From the NCBI RefSeq assembly GCF_000150275.1, contig NW_002060944.1:6361102-6425101 (forward strand): a stretch of DNA of 64,000 bases, in the 5' to 3' direction. A model generated the notes under the pieces. That model worked only from the letters and a program-made list of their open reading frames with translations. It was not told the DNA's origin and searched no databases. The translations under genes were made by a program, and so were the position numbers. This DNA is from Trichoplax adhaerens (taxonomy: Eukaryota; Animalia; Placozoa). Of the stretch, positions 36,101 to 50,014 are shown in pieces. Position 1 is the first letter of the stretch; each line of letters opens with the position of its first letter.

Positions 36101-38778
36101 TATTACTTCCTTACTGGTTCTACTGTTCCCTTCCCCTTCATCTGTCAAATTTACTGTGACTGCGTTGAGCATCATGGCCCTATCATTCGCGGATCTACTA
36201 ACTTCACGCAAATCGTTGCTGTCGGCTACTTGCAATATTGGATTAGTGGCGATTATTTCTGGCGATCGATTTATATGAGAGTCACCATTACTCGTGTAAG
36301 TAGATGGATTAACTGTTGACTTTGCTGAGGCATCAATCTTTGGTTCACTTAATGACTGGCTAAGAGATGTAGTTTTCTGTAAAGGTTGCTTTAAAAAGAG
36401 TTGAAAAATCTTGGTCTGAGTGCCATTATTGTGCTTCTTTTTATCCTTTCTACTAGAATTCTCTGTGGTATTGCTCACTAGCATTTTGTTGCTACTGACC
36501 ATTTCATCGACTATTTTTTCTCCAGATTTACCAACATTTCGATCTGGAATCGGCTTCATATTGCTTTCTTCCTTTAAACTGACGCAATGTTGTAACCCAA
36601 AAGACTTTGTGATTGGAAAATCTGCTATTTTCCGTTGAGAAGATGTTGTTGGATTGGCTTTAGATCGCTTAGTCATTGGGTGACTATCAACAACTAAAGA
36701 GGTTCTCTTAATTGTTTTTGCAGATATTTTGGAAGGGCTTAAATTACCTTTATTCTTGTATTGAAGTACCTGCGTATCTGGATTATTTACATTACCGGTT
36801 TGGTTTACAGATTTCTTCCTCATATACATGCTAAATAATTTATCTATATTTATATCTGGAAAAGCTTCTTTAATTTTGTGCAAAGCAGGTATAAGGCAAG
36901 ATTTATTTACTGGTGTAACAGGATGTGTCAGCGCCTAAACGTATCATTAATTAATAGATGATGGATTGAAAATTTTGTAAGTAATAATTTTAGAATACAG
37001 CCGATGTCGAATAATAAGATACTGACCTCCTGCTTTCTAGGTTTTAGGTTTTTAATCCGCTCAGAGACATAGTCTGGAAATGTTAACGAAGACGATAGAG
37101 TTTTTAGTGATAATCCATTGCAAGTCTCATCCTTTGTAACGGTTGGAGTCTTAATGTTAACGAATAAGTTTTCTATATCTACTTTGGGCAAATGCCATAA
37201 CCAATTGTCCTTTTCTTGTTGTCGAACATGACTTACGGTAGGGAAGGAGGTTATTGAAGTAGATATTACTGTGTTTTCTATATTTTCTATTGTATTTCTT
37301 TTACAATTTCCTATGTGGAATCAGTAGGCTACCAGTTATTTCTTAATAGGATCAAGATAATCTAAAAATTATATGCATAATACCATAACATGACTTACCA
37401 ATCTCTTTCGAACTGCTGATCAATCTCTCAAAAGCATTCGTTACAACCTTCTTAGCCGTATGGCTTTCCGGTATATTAGACCCAGGTATTTTGTCATTCG
37501 CTACTACAGTGTTCTGGATAGGTTGACTTACACTATTATTTGATGTTTGCTTCTGTATCGTTACATCATTATTCTTGTCTTTCTTTCTTGTTCGTAGGAA
37601 TATTGGCGCCAGCTTGACGTCTAAATAAAAATTCATATTTATATGCCATATTGCTACATCATGTGACTACATATCGGTAAATGCAAAGATAGGTATTTCA
37701 TCTCAAACGATACCAATGTGTATTTACCTTTACTACATAATTTATCTTTCGGGGTTGTATCAATTTTCTCTTTCCCTATCTCCATCGTTTGAATTTCTTT
37801 ATTGCAGTGATCTCCAGTATTTAGGATGATAGGTGGCGCTGCTAGCTCCTCTATAAGTTGACCACTTGCGGTTTTACATTCATTCTGGAGTACTGATCTC
37901 TCTATTACTGTAGTTGCTGTTGCATTTCCTTGGTAACTGCTTGCAAGCTTACACGGATTGGGCTTTGAGATGAGTTCAGTAGCAGGCGTGACTGATCCAT
38001 TGACGGAATTGTCGTTAGCTTTATTATAGGCTACATTATCATAATTCGGTTGCATGTTTTCATCGCCAATATGTTGTCTATCCTTACGTGATCTTAGGGA
38101 TTTTGTTAAAGTATCGATGGCGGAAAAGGTAATGGTTTGTTGCTTAAATGGCATATGTCTTGAAGCGTTACTTTTCTTATTTATTGGTTGTATTTCATGT
38201 GATCCATTTCGAGGTAGATGATTTGTTCCTATAAAATTAACCGCGTCCATTTGTGACGAAATCGCTCGTTTACTTTGTAGGCGAGTTGTTCTTCTCAATG
38301 TAGCCATCTCAGCTAAATCTGATGTAATTTTAAGAGAATTTACTGTACTTGTGTTATTGGTGCTTAATAGAGACTTATCTAAGTCACATGATTCTTGTGC
38401 TAAATCAATTTCTACTTTAAGAGGGCTAAAGTGTTTAAAGGTAGGATTATTTTCATCTATTTGTAAGTTGGCAACTTGCTCTTGAGGCAATGGCTCCGTA
38501 ACATCATCGGAAATGGTAGCTTTTCTTTTACGGGTAGCCATTAAAGATGTATTTTTCACTAGTGAACTATCCTGTGCGAGCTCTACTTTCTCAACAGTTG
38601 CCTTGTTTTGATTTCTAATCGTTGGATGAATTTTATTCTTGTCAGGTGTTTCGCTACGAATGCATTGCTCTTGAAGGTTTAAATTTACATCTTGATTGTT
38701 AACGACGGTAACAGTGTTACTTTTCTTTTTTTTCGGTGCAGTAAAGTAAGTGGTAATCAAAATATTGTTATCTTCCAT
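33154..38778 (-). CDS. ATAD5: ATPase family AAA domain-containing protein 5 (ELG1, PCNA-unloading RFC-like large subunit), multi-exon
   Basis: Long low-complexity N-terminus, then LWTEKYRP, Walker A LLSGPSGSGKTATVYACA, EVNASFKRSG, LREATQSHQV, degenerate Walker B ILFEEVD..FDIDEGFW, DIRRTLLALQFW and C-terminal DYLPSLRTI...RRFYHY. Stop TAA at 33154-33156. One late junction is unresolved (see findings). Confidence 0.9.
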
Positions 38779-40040
38779 AGTGAGTTCAAGCAGAAGCTAG
38801 ACTTTTTAAATTCAAGTTGGGCCACTCCTGAAATTGCAGCAGCATTTATAGAACTTCTCTCTACTTGCTCGTTGTACAAATTAGACACAATTGAAGGACA
38901 TGCCGTAGTCTATCCTAAATAAGGTCAATAAACAAAGACACGTTATACACATATAAAACCTACCATTGTTAATTGATTCATTAATTATCGGCAAAATTTC
39001 GTCGGATACTGAATTCTATTTGTCTTGTAATTACAGCAGAATTGAGATGAAAAGCCATTAAACAATCAACAATAGGATTGTATGGAGCACTAGTACTACG
39101 CGTTGATGACTAGCCTATAAAAAACCGTAATAACTTTTTACTCTGATGCTATACTTTGCTTGTCGTTATCATTGCTGTAATAATGATTACAGAAGCTTTC
39201 GATCTTTATTTACACGTATGGGTTGGAAAGTAACCCAGCAAGTAAAAAGAGGATAACGATTATTTATAAATAATTCTGCTAAGTCATGATAATGTCTGGT
39301 ATGAGTGTGGATATTTGTAGTGTCTTGGATGTGGCTGTATAAATCATAAAGATTTTGAATGGTTTTGTTGTAAGTGTGACCACAAGTATGATTGTTGATA
39401 ACTATAGTATTGTTTGTGATTATGTGATATACGAGTATATATACAGTACTTTAGTCTTTGGTAGTTAGGAGGAGATACTATTCCTTGTAGATTAAATTGT
39501 AATTAGAAAACAATATCAATGCAAACTATAAAAGCAACAGGCTGTAAGGGTAGCCATTACAAGGTATTTATAACTGTCAAGATTGGAAAATAGGCAATCT
39601 CCTCAATACAGAACAGGTAGGTGTAAGTCCAAGTAGTATTTTAATATGGGAGCTCTATGACTTGTACGGTTGTCGATGTATTAATATGATGAAGATGATG
39701 GGAAAGATTGATTTTGGTCCGTTCAAACTATGTCATGGTTTCCAAATGCAACCCTGTGCACTACAGTAGGTGCAATTCGGTGACCAAGGTAACTTCAGCT
39801 ACAGTGACGCGCTGGTACGCATCTCGTCCACACTTAGCTCGCACATTTGGACATCTGCTAATGACGAAATCGCACTTAAGAAAAGAAAGTATGTACACAA
39901 GCATTGGCATAGTTTTCTAATTCTGGCTCATAATTACCAACTCCATTGACCTCGATATATAAAGAAATGAAAGAATTCAATCGTTTCCATTGCTGTGGAT
40001 CATGGACTGACTACCTTTATGTCTTGCTGCCCCCCTGGCC

Positions 40041-40052
40041 CAAAATGGCGGC
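40041..40052 (+). promoter_or_regulatory. YY1-consensus site in the divergent ATAD5/RPTOR intergenic region
   Basis: CAAAATGGCGGC matches the YY1/pho consensus and sits in a short GC-rich patch; motif match only. Confidence 0.4.
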
Positions 40053-40379
40053 AAGCAACAAAGTGGAACAGATACTGTCTACGTCTTACCCTTTTACAAA
40101 TGGAAGTCCACCCTGATCTTTACTGATATTAAAGACAGTAGCTACTATGGAAATTTACCGTCATTTTCTAGTCTCAAAGTAATATCAGCATGGATAATAT
40201 TGTGCAAACTTACTGTTTACTCCCGCTTGATTTTTGCTTTACTGCAACAGCGGCATGCAAGCCCCAACTTCCAGTTCATTCAAATGAGGGAGTGTTACCA
40301 AACCCTTGAACCGTGTCCAATAGACTGTATGAGTTAGTAGTGGCAAGCTTGGAACGCAAGGCTAGGGAACATCCGTCCG

Positions 40380-41170
40380 TACAGTACGTCGTTGACTTCT
40401 GTTTTTTCGGTACTTGACCACTCAACTCCTTGTCTCTAATAGGACGATAGACAGAGAATACAGCGTTGATTGCGTACTAGTACTATTTTGCCAATGTCTT
40501 CCCGCCATCGCTGGACTCGATTTACAGTATATTTTTGTACAGTATTTTTGTACAGTACTCATCCCAATTTCGGTACAATACTGTCCAGGTAGTCCAATCT
40601 CTATACAGTACAGTATGGAAATTGGACTACCTGGACAGTACTGTACAGCTGTACTGTACAGTACAATGTGTACAGTACATCTAGTACTACTGTAGTTCAT
40701 GACTGTGTCACGCTTAGACGGACAGACATTTCCAGCCAAAATATTGTGCCAAACACTTGGTTATGCCAGTATTGTAGTATATACAGTAGACGGTCGATTT
40801 GAATTGACTGATATTTTCTCAGTTAGTAAGTAAATATTAAATATTATTACCTTGAATCTGACTCATGATCAATTCAAGAATACACTCTAACCTGTTGTAC
40901 TGCACCTAATGGGGTAGCATAAGAGAAAGCAATGGCATGACTAAGATTACTGCTCGACTGCAGCTCTCGGGTCAAAGTCTACCATAATATTCTAAAAGTC
41001 TTGTGACCAGTCATCATTGGAATGTGGCTCCTGGTGCTGGTACAGTACTGCACAGTACAATATACTGTAGGTTTACAATACAAGTACTGCAGCACGGTAC
41101 TGTAACGGTAGTAAAAATAACTTCTCCTACCGTACTGTACGAGTGTACGTACAGTACGGTGGTTACAGAC
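40380..41170. repeat. Cluster of TACAG/TACTG arrays in the ATAD5-RPTOR intergenic region
   Basis: Many tacagta/tactgta units at 40520-40695 and 41040-41160. Confidence 0.85.
40581..40638. mobile_element. 58-bp MITE-like element with perfect 18-bp terminal inverted repeats, flanked by TA
   Basis: TA|CTGTCCAGGTAGTCCAAT-N22-ATTGGACTACCTGGACAG|TA; the imperfect pairing extends over 40573-40646 (31/34). Confidence 0.55.
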
Positions 41171-41426
41171 GTACAGACAAACACTTGTCGTGCCTGCCTG
41201 CCTTGGGTAAAACCCTACTGTTGGGTATCAGACAGCCTGATCACATTTTACTCAAGCCAATGGAAAGCAATGGCCATGCAAAATAGAAATCCTTGAATGG
41301 ACTAACACAAGGTATTCAATTCTTTTCCTATGCGATATATCGAGGCTTATAATCTGGAGTGAATACTGTATCTTGGAGAAAAAGTGATTCTATCCTGGTA
41401 GGATCGATCCCTATTAAGTGGACAAG

Positions 41427-44400
41427 ATGGAAGAAGATGAAGGCAATGAACTACGCGATTTTAACGTACCCATATTTTTCAATCAGCCACGGCATACTGA
41501 AGATGTCCGAGGTTTAAAAATGCTGGAGAAATCTTGGAAGATGACTGAGAGGGTAAGCCATCATGGATAGTATAGTGTGATTATGAATGATCGACATGGA
41601 TTAAAGGGCTAGTGTGGGAGTTGTATCAAATGCGCTATAAAATGGGCTAACATCGATCCATTCAATAAGCAAAATAATGCAACTTTTAAGTGCTGTAATA
41701 CCCACCTTGAGTTTGTGTTGACACTATTCCTACAATGTAGTCAAATGGTGTAATCATCATCGGATTGTGGCTATCATGCCAGCACTTTCACCGATTACAA
41801 TACAGTAAATTGTTGCAAACTTATTAGCAATACCAAGGAATACAATCTCTTACAGTCAAAAGGATCAATGCCATCAGTCAATTCTACATGGATCGTCATT
41901 CGTTGTTTATTATAATAATAATAATGAATTATTGAAAAATCCTGACTGGTACAACGACGGACGAGTAGATGCTTGTCTTGTTGCTATACTATACAGCAAA
42001 CCGACAGTACCTACTCATCTCCACCCTAAAAGTCGGACATCAACGTGATATTTTAGTTGTCATGTACAAGATGAACATAGCACCTACAAGTAGATGGAGT
42101 AGAGTACAAAAGGATTGCCGGATAGATCGAAAATGGGATATGTAATCAATTAGGTTAATTACTCTTTTTTTTCCCCTACAAAGTAAACCATAAACACATA
42201 AGCACACCGAATACGTCAACAGTTCTACTTTGGTTTATTCAATTAATTGGTAATGACGATCGTTAAAAATACTTTATTTCTACCATCTGTGCCGTTAATC
42301 CTTGTAAATCAACATGATTCAACATGATACAGTACCCTGCTTATATTCTTTACAATATCACAATCGATTGGACTAGGCTAACTGGATTATCGATCTATCA
42401 TCATTTTATCCAGTTTACTTTTTGTAAAGATTGATACATTACAAATACGGCAATGCTTTGGTCGGTTACAGGTAGTATGTAATTATTCGATTTGAGCAGG
42501 TTTAATAATACTAGACTATCTATCGTAATTTTATCCACCTTATCATTTCTATACATACGAATACAGTGGGCGATAACGTGTATTACTCGCCATTAGGAAT
42601 TACTGTATAGGTACGACATAGCTCTTTCAAACCCAAAGGAATAATCGCTTTCAACGCCAACCTTCTGCTACTCATTTACATCGATTAACTTGGTCTAATT
42701 ATATATAACTCCAGTTACTATATAAGAAGGATCTTACTGTGTGTTGAGACTCCCAATTCGGCTGATCTAAAGCTCAGTGATAATATACGCGTATCATTAT
42801 TACCATTACAGCGAAGCCAAAAAGAAATAGTTAACTAAACTGACAGTAATTACTTTCTTATGTAAAGCGTTACTGAATGAATTAAATGAAAACCTTCTAT
42901 TTAGATGAAAACTGTAAGTGTAGCATTAGTATTATGCTTGAATGTTGGTGTTGATCCTCCCGATCTTATCAAGCCTACTCCTTGTGCACGACTAGAATGT
43001 TGGCTAGGTACACAAGTTTATTTATTAAGTGTAGTATTGATACATTGCAAATGTTCGGCTATTTAAGGTCTTTAATTATAGCTTTATCATATGCATGCTT
43101 GAGAATGATTTCTTTTTTTAGATCCCCTAACGATGAATCCTAATAAATCGCTTGAAGCTGTCGGTAATAGTTTACAGAAACAGTATGAAAGATGGCAGCC
43201 CAAGGTACAGAATAAGAACGATTGAATGATTTTTTGATAGGAAATGTCATATATCTCAGCCAAAGTTGTGTTATATTGTTAAAATTATGTCAATGCTTCA
43301 AAAACTTTGTAATTTGCTGAGTAAATACTAGAAAATTAGTCCATTTTTAGAACACTGTATACAACAGGTATTTTCTCCAAACGGTATTCAAAAAGTACAA
43401 CTTGTTGTTAAGTTTTAAAATTAATTAAGCAGAATTTTTTTCGCGTCGTCTATAGGCACGCTATAAGCAGAGTTTGGATCCTACGGTAGAGGAAGTCAAA
43501 AAATTGTGTCTCTCCTTGCGGCGCAATGCTAAGGTAAGGCGATGCAATGCGAGAACCTTAAAAAATTGAAATACCCTTTTTATGTATAGCATACAGTAAT
43601 CTAATTTGTACAGGCAGAGACGTATCTATATCTTGACCTACCGTACTTTAATTAGGATGATAGGGTACTGTTTCATTATAATGGGCATGGAGTACCTCGA
43701 CCTACTCAAAATGGTGAAATATGGGTTTTCAATAAGGTAATACAATAAACTTACTTTTGAGTTATAAAAAATTGAAATTAATTTAAGGATACGTCGTATT
43801 GCTGTTGACTGATCTAAAAATATAGAACTACACGCAGTATATTCCATTATCGATATATGATCTGCAAAGTTGGATTGCTGGTCCTACTGTTTTTACTTAT
43901 GATTGTTCTAATGCCGGTAAGTTTTGATCGTACAATCTATTATGCGGTAGTTGCCCTTTTCAAATTATTTCACTTATAATTATTATTTAATGGTATTGTA
44001 TAGTATAAATTACTTTCAATGATTATCATAGTAAACATCAATAGTATAATGAATAGTATCTATCACATGCTATATTTACAATAATATCTGTATCTCTCTA
44101 TTTTACCTATTGTAGGTGCTATTATTGACCATTACTTACTTTTTTGTCAGCAACGACGTGAGGAAAGTCCTGTAAGTGTAAAAAATAGTTGTTGGTCCAC
44201 TATCATGAATATTATTACTCTACAATTTAAGTTATTGGTCCATTAACTAATCTTCCTTTCTGTATTTACCAGCTTTTTATTTAGCTGTGTTTAATGCTTT
44301 ATTTTTAATTGTTCATATATAGGGTGAAAGCGACTCAGATATATCAGTTACTTTATTAGATAATTGTATTCACATGGCTTCCTGTAGCTCCAATGAAGTA

Positions 44401-47400
44401 TTACCGTTAAATCCAGATTTACCAGCTGATTTATTTACATCATGCCTTACAACTCCAATTAAAACAGCCCTAAGATGGTAATGTAGAACTTTGGTCAATA
44501 TCAAAATCAATTTAGTACTTGATATAATATCAGATAATGTAATAGAAACCAATGTTGCAATTGGCAAGTGTACTATACACTAAGTCTTGCTTCTGATATC
44601 TTCATGCTTTAATAGGTTTTGCATAAATAATAACAACCTTTTGGTACCTAATATAACTTTAGAAATGATCGAAAAGTAAGCTATGTATTACTTGTTATAT
44701 TGTGTAGAGAATATAATATTTACAATTGTATCATATTTTGAAATAAAAAGAATTCCAGGAAAATTGAACGACCGAAGAACACTGATTGGAGAACTAAACT
44801 GGATATTTACTGCTGTAACTGATACGATCGCTTGGAATGTTCTTCCTACTAGTATGTTTGCTTTAGGCTATTTTTAATAAAATGCGTGAATGTTATTTTT
44901 TGAAACAAACTGAAAATTATTATAACTTTGAATATATAGAAATATTTCAGAAGTTATTTCGCCAAGATCTGCTAGTTGCAAGTCTATTTCGAAATTTTCT
45001 TTTGGCTGAAAGGATAATGCGTTCTTTTAATTGTTCACCGACGTCACATCCGAAATTACCAAGTACTCACAGTCACCCAATGTGGTTAGTCTAAAATTTG
45101 GATTGGCGTTAAAGATTGCAAATAACATTATATACCGGCATGAACTGTATATTGTATAGATGTATTGTAAGTAGTAGTTTCCGTTGATTGCTTTAGGTAT
45201 ACATGGGATTTAGTCCTTGATCGATGTCTATCTCAATTACCATCTATTATCAATAATGGAGAAGAATTTGCGGTAAATTGAGTATCTTTGATGATATTTA
45301 CTATTTCACTTGATCTACTAAGATTTATACTTATACTGAAGTTAAAAATATCCTTACTTGCCTATTCTTATTGTGGTAATTGTAGCATAGCACATTCTTT
45401 GAGGATCAACTTACAGCATTCCAAGTGTGGTTAGCGTTAGGATCGAAAGAACGCAATGTTCCTGAGCAATTACCGGTTGTTCTACAGGTTTGAAATTAAT
45501 TTGAATGTTAAAAATTTTCTACTGAACATCGCTATGGAAATGTAGTAGGTATATTTTATTATAATCGAATTTTTTTATTATATTTAGGTTTTGTTGAGTC
45601 AAATTCACAGAATTCGAGCTCTTGACTTGTTAGGAAAGTTTCTCGATTTCGGCGTATGGGCTGTAGAACTGGTATGTATACCTAAAATCCTTAGCTACTA
45701 TTTATTGGTAATATATCAAGTTGCTACTCGATGTACTAATGGTATCTTATTCTTACGTAATAACTGTAGGCCCTTTCGGTTGGCATTTTCCCGTATGTGT
45801 TGCGACTTCTTCAAAGTTCTGCTAGAGAACTAAAACCGCGGATGTTATTTATTTGGACAAAGATTTTAGCTCACGATATTGTATGTATCACAAATTTATG
45901 TGTCAATAGCTCCCTATTAATCTAAGAATATCATTTCTTATTATGTTAATACTATTGCTTCTGCAATATTTTTAAAATTATATTTTGTATTCTTTCGTTT
46001 ATTTCCATAACACTAACGCGTAATAGAGTTGCCAGGTTGATTTAGTAAAGGACGGTGCTTATAAATACTTTCTCCAAATTCTGGCAGATTCTCAAATGCC
46101 GGTTGGTATTATCCTGCTTGCTCTTAATTCCTAATTTTGTTATTATTATTAATTATTGTTGGCCTTTCGTAGTCAAAGGATAGAGCTATGGCTGCTTATA
46201 TAATAGCTATGGTAATTAAAGATTATCCTACAGGAAAGGTATGGTGTTAAGTTAGGATTACATAATGTCGCTCTGTGATATATTAAGTTAGTTGCCTCTG
46301 AGCTTGTAATAGAACAATAGCTTACTGAAATTTTTTAACTAATAATATGTAGGAGGCAGCTCAACAAAGCAATATTATTGCTATATGCACCGAGTTGCTA
46401 GATGACCCAAACCCTTTATTGCGTCAGTGGGTAGTACTATGTTTAGGATATGAATGGAATGGGTATGATCCGGCTAGATGGTGTGCCGTTAGAGATAACG
46501 CGTACGAGAAGTTATCTCATTTACTTGCCGATGAATGTGTTGAGGTATACTAGATAACTAGTTGATCAACTAATGGACCTGATTTAAATATATTATCATC
46601 ATAATATGCACGTATTGAATAATAATAACACCATGAAGAAAGAATTAAATACCTTTTTTAATCAGGTTAGAGCAAGTGTTGTGTATGCATTGGGTACATT
46701 CGTAAGTAATAAAAACGATCGTAATGGCCAAGCTGATAACATTGATCAAGGAATTGGAATGACATTGGCAGCATGTGTAAGGGATGGCAGTCCGGTAGTG
46801 CGAAAGGTGCAGGAGTAAATATTAAAACTTTAGTAATAGTCAAACAAATCTCAAGATTGTCTAACATGATTATTCTTTTGATCAATCTGATGGATAGGAA
46901 CTTGTTGTTGCATTATCTGGATTTGTATTGGAATTTGAATCATATTTCATATCCACAGCTACGAAATTGGTAAGAGAAGTTGAGAGTGAGAAAGATAAAA
47001 ACCGTAACAACCAAAGTGGCCCTGGAGCACCTGGTGGACGGGTTTTGGTTCCAAATAAAAATACTGGTCTGACGCTGCATCAGAGTACTGACAGCTCCCA
47101 TTCTCAGCAATCACGTCGATCTCGTTTATTTATGAGTCAGTCAAATAATTCTTTATCGCCAGCTACAACTGGTGATTACCATCCCGCGCTCGAGCGTTTG
47201 TTGTCACTTCCACCTAGAAGTGTATATAATATGGTTTGGAGGGTATGTATGTGTAACGAGTATTGAAAACTGTATGGTCATACAGCGTATCAATTTTTTA
47301 GCGCATGAATAAACTTTCACCTTCTTGACTACACTTGTAGGCTTTGATTACGTTGCTTAATGATCCTTTTCCGGAAATTAGCGATCTAGGAAAGGAACTT

Positions 47401-50014
47401 TGTAACTACCTTATGATCAAGGTATAAAATACTGGCATTAGTGTTTTATATAAGAATCCCTTTAAAATTTGTTTTATTCATTACTTCGTTATATCACTAG
47501 ATTACTGCTGGTAGCTCAAGCCCAACTGGTAGCTTACGGGTAAGCGAATCAGTTTCTACAGATATTGGTGGATTGGATGATAGTGCACTACACGCTAAAA
47601 AATTCAGCAAGTACGTTATTCTAAATAATTTCTCATTAGACTGTTGGTATAAATTTATTATATTATAATTTAAATAATAAATTTCTTTTAGGGGTATAGA
47701 ACGTAGTCAATCACAACCGCAAATGCCAATAACTGATATACTACCTCATTCTCAGCAATTCTCAAACAAAAGAACAGTTTTTGGTCGAGGCCCATCGGTA
47801 AGAAAAAAATACAATAAACTTTGACAAGTGGAAGTGCTCATTGCTTATACATTTTTTTTTAGAATTCAGATAGTAGTGATGATGATACCGACAATAAGAT
47901 ATATAGATTGCCTAATGTAAAAACAGAGTTGGGATCCTGGTGTTCAAGCCAGTTTCGAAAGTCTTTATTAAAGGTAGCTATGCAATGCATTTGTCGCATC
48001 TACTTCTTATATTGATTATTTGTGATAACTTGTAAAATTGCACCATTTGCATATGGCAGCCTCTAAATTATTATGATCCGTCGAGTCAAGAGTATTATGA
48101 AAGTGAGTGGAAATATTTATTTAATGCTGAGATTAGAGCAGAAGCTGCAGCATCTTACCGATATTTAAGTAAGTGTACTCGTACCATCAGAACTGATATC
48201 GTTAGTTTCGCGTATGACAATTTTATATTAACATGTAAAATGGCCGTGGTAAATCTAGGTAAATCTCAATTGGATGATGAGTGTTTTATTCAAAGAAGTA
48301 CTTTCCCACCTCAAATAATGACATTTATGGAATATCAGAAGGCCATCATCGTGGCTGGACAAAACGAAATTAAGTAATTCAACATAAGAGCGAAACGCTG
48401 CTTTTTATAGTAGCTATTAATAATTATAATAATTAATGGATTATTATTTTGTATTTGAACTTGAGCGTTTGGAACTGGGAGCAGTCGAATAAAATGAAAT
48501 CGTTCAGGAATAGCTTAAAAAATTATAAAATAACTGCCTTGGAAGTTATTAATGAGCATCACTCACCGTTGCTATTAGCTGGAACAGGTGAATCTTAAAT
48601 GAATGATCTATGCTTGCCTACAAATTCGCATATTAAACCAATAGCTCGATATTAATAATTTAACAATTTTGTATGATATTAGATGACGGTAGCTTACGGC
48701 TATGGAAGCATTTCGATAATGATGACAACAATTTGAAGTTAGTAACTGCTTGGAAAGGATTGAGTGAAATGCTAAGATCCTCCTTTAGAAGTAAGATTGA
48801 ATTTATATCGAAGCTTGCAATTTTCTTATTGTATACGTATGGCGATAGTAGGCTTGATTAGTTATGATTGTAATGATTCATTATAGGGTCAGGTTTAGTA
48901 ATGAGCTGGGAGCAGCAATCAGGTAAATTATTATGTAGCGGTGACGTTAAATCTGTTAGTATATGGGACGTTAGAAGAGAGACGAAAGTACAGGTAGCGT
49001 AGACCGATAATTGTAGAATATTTTAAAATAGTTTAGATGCTTAGCATCCGAAGGTGAAAAGATTAATGACAAATTCTACCATTAAAGGAAATACCGACTG
49101 GAGCGGGCAGTTGTGTTACAAGTATTTCCAGTGGAGTTGCTGATAGATCATCGCTACTAGTGGTTGGTTGTGGTGACGGCTCAGTAAGGTTATTTGATCG
49201 AAGGCTACCTGCAAATGAGAGGTATTCTGAAAAGAATAATTGTTATAAATTTTATGTAATTATTTTTTGTACATGTAAGAATTTGTTAAAGTTTTGTGTT
49301 TTGAAATTTGATGATCTAGCCGCGTTAAAACGTTATTTGAACACAAGGCTTGGGTTGTGAAAGTTCACAGACAAAGTGGAGGAAATGGTAACATCATTAG
49401 TGGCAGGTATGTAATTTTAGAAGATGATATTTGTGGATGAGCTCAATTAATTTTAGTTTTTTTAAATTTAATATTGCCTTCACTTATTATAACAGTATTG
49501 CTGGTGACGTGAAATTTTGGGATCCGCGTTTCACTGAATCTGTTAAAACGATTGATACTCAGCATACATTAAATGCTATGGACGTACATAAGGAAGCCGA
49601 TATTCTCGTTTGGTAAAATGAGATATTTATAACAAATAACCTAAAGACATTTTAATACTTGATCATTTCATTGTACATTAGTTTAGATTTTAAAATGCGT
49701 AATCTGTTATCATTATAGCGGCTCAACTAGCCAAGTGATACATGTTTACAATCACAGCGGTGAATTAAATAGTGCAATCAAATATCATGATGGATTTAGA
49801 GTGCAAAAAATTGGACCCATTAGCTGCTTAGCATTTCATCCCTATAAGGTTTGTAAACTAATTTAAGTTATATCCTTGAATAAAGCTAAGCTTAACAGCA
49901 TGATTATTTATTTATGATTGATACACGAATATTTACAATTAATAGGTTATGTTCGCTGCTGGTAGTGCGGATTGCTTGTTATCGGTGTATTCTCCTTCTG
50001 ATAAAAGACGATAG
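41427..50014 (+). CDS. RPTOR: Regulatory-associated protein of mTOR (Raptor), about 34 exons
   Basis: Exons give WKMTER|[102 protein letters not shown] repeats ([12 protein letters not shown]) and WD40 repeats ([18 protein letters not shown]). Stop TAG at 50012-50014. Confidence 0.97.
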
